Below, in pieces: positions 11,899-22,167 of a DNA stretch of 64,000 nucleotides; the stretch's first letter is position 1; every line of letters starts with the position of its first letter. The notes under the pieces are model-generated. The model was not told where the DNA came from, did no database searches, and was given only the letters and a program-made list of their open reading frames with translations. Source of the DNA: Schizochytrium sp. TIO01 (lineage: Eukaryota; Protista; Bigyra: Labyrinthulomycetes). The position numbers were made by a program, and so were the translations under genes. Where the stretch lies: assembly GCA_004764695.1 (NCBI GenBank), contig SMSO01000025.1, positions 4,318,862-4,382,861 on the forward strand, written 5' to 3'.

Positions 11899-13572
11899 AT
11901 TCAGGAAGAGCAGTTGATAGAAGGTGTTCTTGTCTTCACAATAGAACACCTCTACTTAGTTGCTTTCTTGGAGGATCACTCATTTCATCCTGATTGCTCT
12001 CGCTTGCGAGTTCTGCCCTATTTGCTGTCAAAATATAGTGTTGGATCCTTCTATCAAGCACCGCTTAGTACACGAGGAGGAAAACCTTTTTGAAGTAGCA
12101 GCAGAAGACATTTCCTTGGTTTCCTAATTCTAAAACACAGCATCTCCTGGGCATGATTTAAAATGTTTCTGTATTCAAACAAATTCATCTTTCTTTTTTA
12201 CTTTCCTTTTACCCAAATTGGACAATTGTTCTTCGCTAGATCAACCAATCCTATTAATCATCCAGTTATCACTCCGACTCGTATAATCTTTTTACTTTCG
12301 TAAGCCACAAGTCAAAGATTAAAACGTTGCCGATTCTTGCAAAATACGCGAATGCAAGTATAAATTAATGATGACATTTGTGCCATAAGTACTATGATTT
12401 GACTAGAGAGAGAAAGAACCTCTGATTAGTCGGATTGCATGCAAAAGGTTGTATTTGCAAAGGCTGAAGATTTATGTACTTCTATTAAATTTAAGTGAGA
12501 TTTAGACTGGGGCAAAGTCACACCTCCACTTCATCATCCTCAATTATAAATCACTTAAATCAAATCATTCCAGCAACAATACTATGTTAAATACATTTTG
12601 AAATACATGTTCCTTCCTCCTTTTTCTTTCTCTCTAAATGACAAGTTGTTCTAGGGATTGATTAGCAGGGTCTGCAGACTCTAAAAATGCAAGGTTGTGA
12701 TTCCCCTGATTGGAGAATCTCTTTTTTTTCGCAGGTGTGGAACTAACTATGCGTTGTGTAATATATCGCTGGAAAAAGAAATTGGAGCTGTTGTCAGCCA
12801 TTTATAATTGGCAACTACAGATGTATGACAAGCATAGAAGTTTTGAAAAGATATCGAATAAGTGGGAAAATGTTATAAAGCGCGTTTCTAGAAGTTGATT
12901 CATGATTCTCTCAATAAGTGTGTACCCACACAGAAGGTGAGGAGAAACTATCACAGGTAAGCGACACAAAAGCGTCCATAGATATTTTTCGCGCACAATC
13001 AACTATGACACAAAATATCGTGAAAAGGATCTGTGCAGAAAGAGGGGTAATCCTATGGGAATGAACGCATGCCCTTGCCAGTGTTAATTTTGTTGGTGGT
13101 AGAAAGAAAGGTACTTGGACCCCAAGGAAGGGAAATCGCAAAGACAAATAGCCATGATCTTTGACATCATGCAAAAAACTTAGTCCATTTGTTTCTCTAT
13201 TCCCTCAAGGCCGTTCGATATTGGAAGCGGGAGATAGAAATAGAGATAGAGAGATAGAGACGGATGAAAAGAGGCAGGCAAGTGAAACCCTGAAATCAAT
13301 ATCGGGACACGGAAGAACAGAAGGGATCGATTCCTGATCTCCAATGTATGTATGATCTTAGTGGCTAGCTCTGGCTCGATTACTCGCTCAAGGAGGCATC
13401 TGGCTAGCAGGTTGAGCAATAAAGGAACCTCGCCCTTACATCTCGTCTTATCAGGCCTAACTAAGAACTGAGAGAAAAGAGTTTAGACAGCATGTAGACT
13501 GAAAGAGGCAAAGCATAAGAAAGATAGAGAAGGTGGTACAGGCTGTGGGAGCAATCAATCAATTTCTGTTGT

Positions 13573-16431
13573 TTAATCTTCGTCCTCGTCATCATCATCA
13601 TCATCATCAGCTTCGAGCCAGGCGACAAACTGCGCGGTCTGAACCAGTGCAGTAACCTTACCATCGGTGTCGGTAAGGTCGTCCTTCCACTCGATAATAG
13701 CCTCAGGGGGCACAACGTCGTTGTTGTAGAAATTCATAAAGACCTTCTCCAGCAAACTTTGGTTGTTGGAGGCACGCGGGAACCCAGCCTTGTGGAAAGC
13801 AGCCTGGATAGCAAAGATCATGTTCATCTGAGCCTTGAGCTTGTCGCTGTCGGGGTCCTCCTCATACAAAAGTTTGCCCAAGAGAGCACCGTACCCGGCT
13901 GGACTGGCCCACTTGCAAGACTCGTCCTCAACATACTCGGGGTGAGCTGCGAGTGCGCGCTTGATGAACTCGGCACCAAAGTCCGCGCTGACATCTGCCA
14001 CCTGAACCTTGCCTGCAAGCTCCTCTCCCTGCTCTCCAGACGCAATGAGCTTCTCAATCAACTTGACATCTGCGCTTGCGTCCTTCTCCTCTTCTGCGGC
14101 GTCCTTCTTCTTTGACTCCGGCAGAGCGACCTCCACAAGAGCCTCTCCAAGCTCCTCGTCTCCGAAGCACTCCTTCTCCTGGAGCATCTTGGCAATACGT
14201 TTCGTGTTCTCGAGGCGGTCCTTGTCCACGTCCTCCTTAGCATCAATCTTGCTCTTGATTTTCTCGCAAACAACCTCCAGTCCCTTGACAACATCAGACT
14301 TAGTCACAAGCTCCTCCTTAACGAGGGCCTCAATCAGAGCCACCACGATCTTGCACTCCTTAAGTCCCTCCTTGCTGCCACGAATCACCGCCTTGCGAAC
14401 GACCTGAGCCATGTACTCCTTATTGTTGATCTCGCGTACAGCTGCAATGGCATCCTTCTTGTTCTCCATCAGCATGTATGTCTTCAGCATGGCCTCTGTG
14501 CGTGCCTGCATCTCCTCCTCAGTCAACTGCTTCTCCTCCTTCTTGGGAGCCTCCTTCTTGAGTGCTGCGACGTCGTTCTCATCGTCGCCCCAATCACCAG
14601 GCTTGTCCGAAATTTCTGCGAGCTCTGCAAGGTTGCGAGTTTTTTGAGCGCCAAACTTGGGTCTTCCGGCATCCATATCAGCTGCAGCTCCGCGAGGTCC
14701 TCCAAATCCTCCACGCTCACCGCGCTCACCACCGAATGCACCACGATCGCCGCGCTCGCCACCGAATGCACCGCGATCGCCGCGCTCGCCACCGAATGCA
14801 CCACGCTCGCCGCGCTCGCCACCGAATGCACCACGCTCGCCGCGCTCGCCACCGAATGCTCCTGCTCCTTGCTGCTGCTGATCCATGTCGCGGTCACGAC
14901 GGCCACTGCTTCCGAAAGCCATCGAAGCACGCTCACGGTCATAGTCAGGTTGACGACGGCCCATGGGAAAGTCACCTTGGGGTCCCCTGACTGCGCCTCC
15001 AAAAGCGTTGTTACCCTGGGGTCCGCGTTGAGCGAATCCTCCTTCTTCGTCACGGTCACGACGGGAGGATCCAAACGCGTGAGATCCCGGTCGCTCTCTA
15101 GGTCCACCGAAACCTCCTGCGGCAGGTCCTCTGCTGGCAAAGGGTGTAGCGCCGTCCTGGCCTGCTCCAGAGGCCTCTCCAGACCCGCGCCCCCTGCTGA
15201 AGGCTTCGGGTGCCGGCGCAGGTTTGCGCGGGTTGAACGCCGAGAATTCTTTCTCACGTTCACGGTCACGGTCCTGGTCCCCATACATGCGGTGTCCCTC
15301 TGCCTCCTTGTTGCGAGAGCCAAAGATGTTATCCCACTTATCCGCACCACTCTTGGGCGCTTGCGGTGGTTGTTGCTCTTCCTTCTCAGCAGGCTCTCCA
15401 GAGACTGAAGGCTTCTCGCTCTCTACCTCCTTGGGCTTCTCACTCTCTTCCTTAGGAGCCTCCTTGTCAGCCTTCTCGGAGTCCTCCTTAGGCTCTTCCT
15501 TGGCATCTCCAGCCTTGGGCTTAAGCTTCAGGCGAGGTCTCGAGTCTTCAGCTGCGTCTTCAGCTGCTGCAGGGGCATTTGCGGAAGTCGAAGTTGAGGT
15601 GGCCGCAGGTCCTTTGCGCCAGTTGTCCTCAGCAAGAGCATCTTTGCCATCCTTGCCAGCGGATGAACCAGCAGCAGCGTTGGCTGATGCCGAAGCCGCA
15701 GGGGGTCCACGACGCCAGTTGTCTTCAGCAAGAGGATCAGCGCGAGGAGCGGCGTCCTGAGCGGCAGGCACAGCTGCAGGCGGCGTCGAGCGGCGCCACT
15801 GGTCCACGGAATCAGCTTCACTGGGCGGTGCAGGGCCGCGGCCAGGAGCAGGAGCCTGCTGGATACGGTTGCGACGCCATTGAGTGTCTTCATCAGCCAT
15901 TGAAGGTGCTGCGGGGGCGGCGTCCATGCCGGCATTACCCGCACGAGGGCCGCGACGCCATTCATCCTCGGCATCAGCAGCAGAGAATGCAGGGCCGTCT
16001 GTACCCATGCCACGGTCGCCACCGAAACCGCCGCGGTCGGCACCAGGAGCGGGTCCACGGCGCCACTGTGTGTCCTCGTCGGCGGCAGAGAACATCTCTT
16101 CGCGTTCCATGCCACGGTCTCCACCACGGTCACCGAAGCCGCCACGGTCTCCGCCGCGGTCGCCGAAGCCACCACGATCTCCACCACGATCACCGAAGCC
16201 ACCGCGGTCTCCACCAGCTGCGACACGGTCACGAACCCACTCGCCTTCGGAGGCGCCGGCTTCGCCGAAGCCGCCACCGTTACCGAAGCCGCCGCCCATG
16301 CCGCCACGGGGACCACGACGATCTTCACGGGGCATGCCGCTAGGGGCGCGGGGGAGAACATCGCCTTCGGACTTGAAATCCTTGCCGAGGAACTCGCCGA
16401 GGCCCATCTTCTTACCCTTCTTCTTGCTCAT
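13573..16431 (-). CDS. Translation initiation factor-like protein: eIF4B-like low-complexity N-terminus plus MA3 and W2 (eIF4G-type C-terminal) domains, 952 aa
   Basis: N-terminus: 'KKKGKKMGLGEFL..LPRAP', GGFGDR repeats, six AD/AE-x-D-x-WRR motifs and 'RPRLKLKPK' (eIF4B-like). MA3-like: 'TEAMLKTYM..KKDAIAAVREI..VVALIEALVKEELVTKSDVVKGL'. W2: 'FYNNDVVPPEAIIEWKDD..GK..AL..TAQFVAWLEADDDD'. Confidence 0.8.
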   Translation of the reverse strand: MSKKKGKKMGLGEFLGKDFKSEGDVLPRAPSGMPREDRRGPRGGMGGGFGNGGGFGEAGASEGEWVRDRVAAGGDRGGFGDRGGDRGGFGDRGGDRGGFGDRGGDRGMEREEMFSAADEDTQWRRGPAPGADRGGFGGDRGMGTDGPAFSAADAEDEWRRGPRAGNAGMDAAPAAPSMADEDTQWRRNRIQQAPAPGRGPAPPSEADSVDQWRRSTPPAAVPAAQDAAPRADPLAEDNWRRGPPAASASANAAAGSSAGKDGKDALAEDNWRKGPAATSTSTSANAPAAAEDAAEDSRPRLKLKPKAGDAKEEPKEDSEKADKEAPKEESEKPKEVESEKPSVSGEPAEKEEQQPPQAPKSGADKWDNIFGSRNKEAEGHRMYGDQDRDREREKEFSAFNPRKPAPAPEAFSRGRGSGEASGAGQDGATPFASRGPAAGGFGGPRERPGSHAFGSSRRDRDEEGGFAQRGPQGNNAFGGAVRGPQGDFPMGRRQPDYDRERASMAFGSSGRRDRDMDQQQQGAGAFGGERGERGAFGGERGERGAFGGERGDRGAFGGERGDRGAFGGERGERGGFGGPRGAAADMDAGRPKFGAQKTRNLAELAEISDKPGDWGDDENDVAALKKEAPKKEEKQLTEEEMQARTEAMLKTYMLMENKKDAIAAVREINNKEYMAQVVRKAVIRGSKEGLKECKIVVALIEALVKEELVTKSDVVKGLEVVCEKIKSKIDAKEDVDKDRLENTKRIAKMLQEKECFGDEELGEALVEVALPESKKKDAAEEEKDASADVKLIEKLIASGEQGEELAGKVQVADVSADFGAEFIKRALAAHPEYVEDESCKWASPAGYGALLGKLLYEEDPDSDKLKAQMNMIFAIQAAFHKAGFPRASNNQSLLEKVFMNFYNNDVVPPEAIIEWKDDLTDTDGKVTALVQTAQFVAWLEADDDDDDDEDED
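14710..14860 (-). repeat. 30-nt coding tandem repeat encoding GAFGGERG(E/D)R, about 5 copies
   Basis: CCGAATGCACCACGCTCGCCGCGCTCGCCA-type units on the + strand. Confidence 0.9.
16115..16215 (-). repeat. 30-nt coding tandem repeat encoding GGFGDRGGDR, about 3-4 copies
   Basis: Visible in both the DNA and the translation. Confidence 0.85.
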
Positions 16432-17880
16432 GGTGCTAGTGCTTTGAGTACTGAAGACTCTAAAAGCTGGGTTCTAGGTTCTAGGTTTGTAAATCGGTCG
16501 GTTTGTAGTTCTCTAGGAGATTGATTTCCTGCGCTCACCAGTGCGCTAACTGTCGTCGATCAGACTCCTGTGCGATACAAGTTATGTGTTTTTGTTTGTG
16601 ATTGTGAATAGCGTTTTGGTGTCGGGTGAACAAGAAGAATTGCAAAGAATGTTTGCGGATTGGGATCGAAAAGTAGAAAGGTATTGTCGGCAAGGTAGCG
16701 TTGTCGGTATGAAGAACCAGTAGGTAGGCTCAACCAAGATCATCCAGAACATTCAACATTTCCCGTAAACAACAGATGAAGAAGCAGCGTGCATCCATCG
16801 CCATGTCCACGTCCGAAGCCCAAGTCACACATATGTATCCAAGTTGTAGAAGAAAAAAAGAACCCAACGACGCCAGCGACAAGCAGGTAATAAGTGATAT
16901 ACCAAACAAAAGGAAGAGATAGATCAAAGAGCGCCAATAACCAAACACCCAAAAATCAAACAAGCAAAACTCCCAAACGTCAGTCCTCCAAACTCTTTCA
17001 CTCTGCATTCTCCCCCGGCCTTCCTGCTCTTCCCCTGGCCTCCACCCACGTCTTTCGCGCCGCTCTGCGAGCGCCATTCTTTAGGCCTTTATTACGCCCC
17101 AAAAGGCCTTTTTCACGCAGTTGGTGGCCACGGCTGCCTCATGAAGAGACGCCATGCTAGCCCATGCACCGCTCTTCGCTACTTCTACGTCGATTAGACC
17201 GCAAGAGGGGCTCCGACGTGAGGCCGGGTGCCGCGGGAGCAAGCCACGCCTCCGCAAACCTACCGTACCCGAGGCGCCGCGCGCTCGAGAGGAGTTGATT
17301 TGCCGCAGCAAGCGCGCCGCCGCCACCTCAAACTCGCCGGGGCCACTCAAGTTCACCTGACCCCCCATAGTTATCCCGGTTACGCCGAGGTCAATGGAGA
17401 CCCCACAGAAAGACTGACTGACTGACAGACAGACAGACAGACAAAACGACTGCGGAAACAAAGGTTCCCGAGGTAGTCCAAGCTTCGAGGTCGGCTGGCC
17501 TGGCTGCGAGAGAGGTAGCCCAGGCTCGCATGGCGAGGTGCGAGGGGTCTGATGCCTACATTAGAGAGTTGAGTGGGCTTGTGCTGCCTTTTCGTTTCGT
17601 TCTTTGCTCTGTGGGCGAGAGTACGTTAGTTAGTTTTCACAGTACCTAGGTTTCGTAGTGCTGGCGCAGCATGAAAGGTTGATCAGGAAGCACCACTCGC
17701 TACGTTCTGGCTAGCTGGCTAGCTAGCTGGCCGAGCTTCCACCACCACGAGCATCGCGATCTACGATGCTTGTTGCCACAATGGTATATATTGCACACAC
17801 TCTGGAGAGCTTAGTTCGCCTAATGTAAGACCGCGCTCAGACGAGGTGTTAGGCCGGCAGAACCTTTCGATTATTATCCT

Positions 17881-18138
17881 CGACTTAGAGAAGAGAAGAG
17901 AAGCAAAGCTGGCGACCGTGTTGGTGCTTGTGGGCTGCTTATTACGTGTCAACTTGGCAGTGCTCAATCCGCTGCTGAAGCAGTCTTATTCTCAGGCTGA
18001 ATGGAATGTTCGACTTGGAGAAGAGTAGAAGCAAAGCTGGCGAACATATTGGTGCTTGTGGGCTGCCTAGTACGTGTCAAGCTGGCAGTGCTCAATCCGC
18101 TGCTGAAGCAGTCCTATTGTCAGGCTGAATGGAGTGTT
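17881..18138. repeat. Intergenic direct tandem duplication of about 130 bp (2 copies)
   Basis: Copy 1 starts CGACTTAGAGAAGAG at 17881 and copy 2 starts CGACTTGGAGAAGAG at 18011. Both contain AAGCAAAGCTGGCGA..TTGGTGCTTGTGGGCTGC..TGGCAGTGCTCAATCCGCTGCTGAAGCAGTC..CAGGCTGAATGGA. Confidence 0.95.
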
Positions 18139-18259
18139 CTTTGTATAACCGATAGTAGGTAATTTGGTTTGGGCAAGATATCCTGGTACGCTGTGGTTAA
18201 ACGAATGGGGAAATATAAACCGGCAGTTTTTTTTTAAATTCTAAAATGAGGTAGGTACC

Positions 18260-18302
18260 GTAGGTAGGTAGGTAGGTAGGTAGGTAGGTAGGTAGGTAGG
18301 TA
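18260..18302. repeat. (TAGG)n microsatellite
   Basis: About 10 perfect units. Confidence 0.95.
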
Positions 18303-18371
18303 CCTAACTAGTATTAGGCGTGTCAATAGTAGGCAGGTGGTGCCTGAATGGACCGCATCGGTTTCTTTGAA

Positions 18372-20090
18372 TTACATTTCGGCAAATACGCCGCTGGCAG
18401 TTGCATGGTGCTTGCGAATCATGCTCAAGAATTCCAGGTGGGCATCGGCGTCCTCGGGGTCTTCAAAAACCCTGCCCACAGTGTGAGGATGCTCCAGGTC
18501 CATGGCCGTGAGAAATGGTCCATAAAACCCCCCATTACGAATCGCCTGAATGCAGGCCTTGATGTTGCCCTTGCCACGATGTGGGTTGAAATTATCCTTG
18601 TTGAGCTCTGCAAGACGTTTCTTCATCGCATCAAAAACACTTGAGTTCGTTGCACTAATCTCTTGGTGTTCTGTGGGATCCTCCCAAATATTGAAAAGAC
18701 AACCATCGCGGCATCCAGTGAACTGAAAACCAGGTGGAAAGAAACCAGGTTGTTTCCCCGTAGCATTGGGGTAGTAGGGACCTGTCCATGCAGTCATAGG
18801 TTGGTCTCCCATCACGAGTTTGTACGGTCCTTGAATCAGAGCTGTTTCACTGAGATGGATCTCCTTACGAAGGCCGGTGGCCTCGCCCAAAAGAACCTTA
18901 GACTGATCAATTCCGTCCACTGGCGGCAGTCCAGCTAAATCAGCTAGCTTATCAAACGAATCAAGGCCTGCCACGCCCAGAAATGTAGCGTAGACATCCG
19001 CAACGTGGATATAGTCACTGATCACCTTGCCACGACGATTCTGAGGAACCCAGCCACCAGAGACAAAGGCATTCACACGGTTCCCACCTTCCCAATCCGA
19101 ATATTTTCCACCCCGCAATGGGTAATTATTGGCACTGCCAGGGGTATAAATGGGGCCGCCATTGTCACTCAAAAAGAAAACCAGTGTATCATCCCACATA
19201 TTTCTCACTTCAAGCGCAGTGCGAAGGCTACCGACCACATCATCCATATAGGCTACCATAGCTGCGTAGGTACGCCGATTTTTATAGTCAATAAAATCAA
19301 ATCGTTCCTCGTACTCTTCAGGCACCTGGAGAGGTGTATGGACAATATGAAACATATGCGACAGGAAGAGGGGCTCGGAAGTGTTGTGGTTGCCAATGAT
19401 ATCAAGGCTTCGTTCAAGAAACCACTCTTCTTCGTATGTTGCGGGGGAGGTGCGAAAGTCTTTTCCTGGCTTTTCATCATTCGTAAAGTCTGTGAATAAA
19501 TTCATGCACACGTTGATTTCCCCGGTGCTGGCAAGAGGTAGTCCATAGGTCCAATAATCGTTCGCATGATGAAAATAAAATCGAGATGTCTCATAACCGC
19601 GGCCGCGCGGTGTATGTTCGAACGTGGCCATACCTACGTCCCACTTACCAACCATATGAGTGCGATAGCCAGCCTCAAGGAGTCGTGTAGCCATGCCAGT
19701 CATGTTGCGAGGAATCCCGGCAAAACCACTCATGGTGTCTTCAGGATTAAAGGACTCCGGTCCAACGTTCTCGACATTTACATGTTGTGCAATGCGACCC
19801 GTCTGCAACGATGAGCGAGATGGGGAGCAAATTTTGTAGCTGTAAAATCTGTCGAGCTCGAGGCCATCCTTGACCATTTGGTTCATGTTGGGGGTATGGA
19901 CCTCCTCGGATACCTTAGGACCTGAACTGTGGAAGCCCGCGTTATGCCATCCAAAATCGTCCGCGACAATTAAGAGGATGTGTGGTAGCTTCTTTTCCGT
20001 CGAACGGCTGTCGCAAGTCCTCACCTCAAGTGCCATCACCACTGCTAATAAAAGAGCAAGAAAATCGCGTTTCCAGAGAGTTTTCTTCAT
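18372..20090 (-). CDS. Arylsulfatase B/I/J-like formylglycine-dependent sulfatase
   Basis: Motifs 'PHILLIVADDFGW', FGly signature 'CSPSRSSLQTGR', 'GKWDVG', 'HTPLQVP', 'SDNGG' and 'NYPLRGGK..WEGG.RV'. Start placed at the ATG (20090) preceding a signal-like segment (FLALLLAVVMAL). The ORF is open to 20333, so the start is uncertain. Confidence 0.92.
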   Translation of the reverse strand: MKKTLWKRDFLALLLAVVMALEVRTCDSRSTEKKLPHILLIVADDFGWHNAGFHSSGPKVSEEVHTPNMNQMVKDGLELDRFYSYKICSPSRSSLQTGRIAQHVNVENVGPESFNPEDTMSGFAGIPRNMTGMATRLLEAGYRTHMVGKWDVGMATFEHTPRGRGYETSRFYFHHANDYWTYGLPLASTGEINVCMNLFTDFTNDEKPGKDFRTSPATYEEEWFLERSLDIIGNHNTSEPLFLSHMFHIVHTPLQVPEEYEERFDFIDYKNRRTYAAMVAYMDDVVGSLRTALEVRNMWDDTLVFFLSDNGGPIYTPGSANNYPLRGGKYSDWEGGNRVNAFVSGGWVPQNRRGKVISDYIHVADVYATFLGVAGLDSFDKLADLAGLPPVDGIDQSKVLLGEATGLRKEIHLSETALIQGPYKLVMGDQPMTAWTGPYYPNATGKQPGFFPPGFQFTGCRDGCLFNIWEDPTEHQEISATNSSVFDAMKKRLAELNKDNFNPHRGKGNIKACIQAIRNGGFYGPFLTAMDLEHPHTVGRVFEDPEDADAHLEFLSMIRKHHATASGVFAEM

Positions 20091-20928
20091 CTTTTCAGGT
20101 CCCGCAGAAGCAGTTTTGCTTCTTGGCATCACCCCCATCACTCCAAGCAGCAGAGCCTGGACCCAAGAGCAAGTGCCGTGAGTGTACGTACTCTCAACAC
20201 CAAGCTTTCTCTCAACACTATCAGACCCACGGAAGAGCGTCTCGCGTTGATCTTGCAAGTATCTGTTTCCCGTTTTGGATTTGCTATTTGGAATATCCTT
20301 GAGTCGAGTTCTGCGTCCCGCTCGATTCCGCACTCCAAGATCTTCTCAAAAGAACTTGTTTCTAAGCTGAAGAAAGTTAAGAGAGAAAGAAAGGAATTCT
20401 TGAAGTTCACCTTTTATTTTCAAGACCCCTACACTTTTCCGTAATTAACTCATAGATACCACAATCTAGAGTCAGAGCCGCAATTCGTTTGGGAACAAAG
20501 GGAATGAGCTGAAGTTGGGATGCTAAGTACAGAGGTATCTATATTGTCAATTGATAAGTTGACGTCCTTGAAGTTCTTTTTCAGCATTGCAAAAGTTCTG
20601 TCGAGGACAAGAGTCCCATGTATTTTTTACGTGTCTGAAGACAGATCCCCGCCACTTGGCTTTTTCTTGGGTGGATTAAGATTGGAAAACTCCTGCTTCT
20701 TAGAACCCGCTCGTTCCCCTGAGACCGTCTTGAAGAATGAACATTCGTACTTTTCAAGAAACCTACATTCTTATAAGATAGTATTTGGGATTATAATTTA
20801 TGTGCCAACATTCTGGGGAGACAATTTGTATGGCGAAACGTGAAATTTAAGAAGCACACAAAAGGGGGAAGATTAGGCTCATTCGATTAGTTCGGTTGTT
20901 TTATTTGCTTGCTTGATGACATTAAGCT

Positions 20929-22167
20929 CTATCTAAATCTGACGGCGTCGATCTGCTCGAGGGACGGCAAAGTGGCTGCGAGACGTTTACGATATTCGTA
21001 GTCCCGAGCGATTGGGTTGTGATCAAGGTAGATTGTGGACAGCTGTTCACTCAAAGGCTTGAGCTTCTCGATCTCCTCAAAAGTGGAGATGCCATTGTAG
21101 CTCATCCAAAGTTCCTTGAGGTTTGGGAGCTTATCCACAGGAAGTCCATCCATAGACTTAATCCGGTTGTTGCTCACATCAATAGTGTCAAGCTTAGTTA
21201 ACGTTTCGAGCCCACTAAACTCCTCAATGCCCTGGTGGCTTAAGTAGAGCTCTTCAAGGGACTCTAAGCCAGCGAATCCGTCCCCAATATGCCGCATCCG
21301 GTTGCTCTGTACCGAAATCCGTACAAGTTTCTTCAGCTCATCGATCCCTTCGACGCGCTCAATCTTGTTACGGCCAAGCCAGAGCTCCTCCAAATTAACA
21401 AGCTGGTTAAGGCCTTCCATCTTACGGATACGGTTCATGCCGAGATCAAGAACACGGAGTTGGGTGAGGGTCTCTAGGCCCTGGATCTTTGAAAGCTTAT
21501 TCTCTGCGACGTAAAGCCTTTCGAGCTTGGTCAAAGGAGCGAGAATAGCTGGGTCTAACTCGCGGAGTCGGTTGTACGAAATGTCAAGGTTTGTAAGGTT
21601 CACGAGGTGCTGCACGCCTTCCAAGGTGTTGAGCCGGTTTTCATAAAGCTCGAGAGACACGAGGTTAGTCAATGTTGCGAGTGCAGAAACCTCACGCACA
21701 AAATTCGATCGGAGGCAAAAGGACTCCAGGTTTGTTAGATGCTCCACGCCAGTCACCACAGTGACCTTTTGACCAGAAGTGCCAATCCACTCCAATCGCT
21801 CCATGCTTGTGTCGCTCACATCCACGACATCACCAGGTTTGATAAATCGCAGCGCAGGAGGGAGCTCTTCGTCCTTCTCGTCGTCGCTAAGATACCCCTC
21901 TTCCCCAGGCTTGGGACCTTCTTTGGCATCACCACCTTCTGCATCAGTCTTGATTTCGGAGTTGGCCTCGGATTTGGGGCCCAACATGGAAGGCGTTTCG
22001 GCCACACGAACTGTTCCGTATTGGGTAACCTTGACGCCGTTGATCTCCACCGTCTTGGGCTGAAGCTCTACAGGAAGGTCTTTCTTGTCCCCACTTTCAC
22101 CATCGACGGCGCTAGAGCGGTCTTCGGCGGAAGCCTTGGCGTCGCGAGAGGCGTCTTCATCGGACAT
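20929..22167 (-). CDS. PPP1R7: Protein phosphatase 1 regulatory subunit 7 (Sds22), LRR protein
   Basis: About 11 Sds22-type 22-aa LRRs (LxxLxLxxNxIxxIEGL) and an LRR cap 'LDHNPI..YRKRL...LPSLEQIDA'. First ATG is at 22167; the track starts at an upstream TTG (22191). Confidence 0.88.
   Translation of the reverse strand: MSDEDASRDAKASAEDRSSAVDGESGDKKDLPVELQPKTVEINGVKVTQYGTVRVAETPSMLGPKSEANSEIKTDAEGGDAKEGPKPGEEGYLSDDEKDEELPPALRFIKPGDVVDVSDTSMERLEWIGTSGQKVTVVTGVEHLTNLESFCLRSNFVREVSALATLTNLVSLELYENRLNTLEGVQHLVNLTNLDISYNRLRELDPAILAPLTKLERLYVAENKLSKIQGLETLTQLRVLDLGMNRIRKMEGLNQLVNLEELWLGRNKIERVEGIDELKKLVRISVQSNRMRHIGDGFAGLESLEELYLSHQGIEEFSGLETLTKLDTIDVSNNRIKSMDGLPVDKLPNLKELWMSYNGISTFEEIEKLKPLSEQLSTIYLDHNPIARDYEYRKRLAATLPSLEQIDAVRFR

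Noticed and set aside
14523-16447. Several 140-280-aa overlapping ORFs in other frames
   Set aside because: They are by-products of the GC-rich repetitive eIF4-like CDS.
17881-18138. CRISPR-like or LTR-like repeat
   Set aside because: There are only two adjacent copies, with no spacers, internal sequence, cas or pol genes, in a eukaryotic context.
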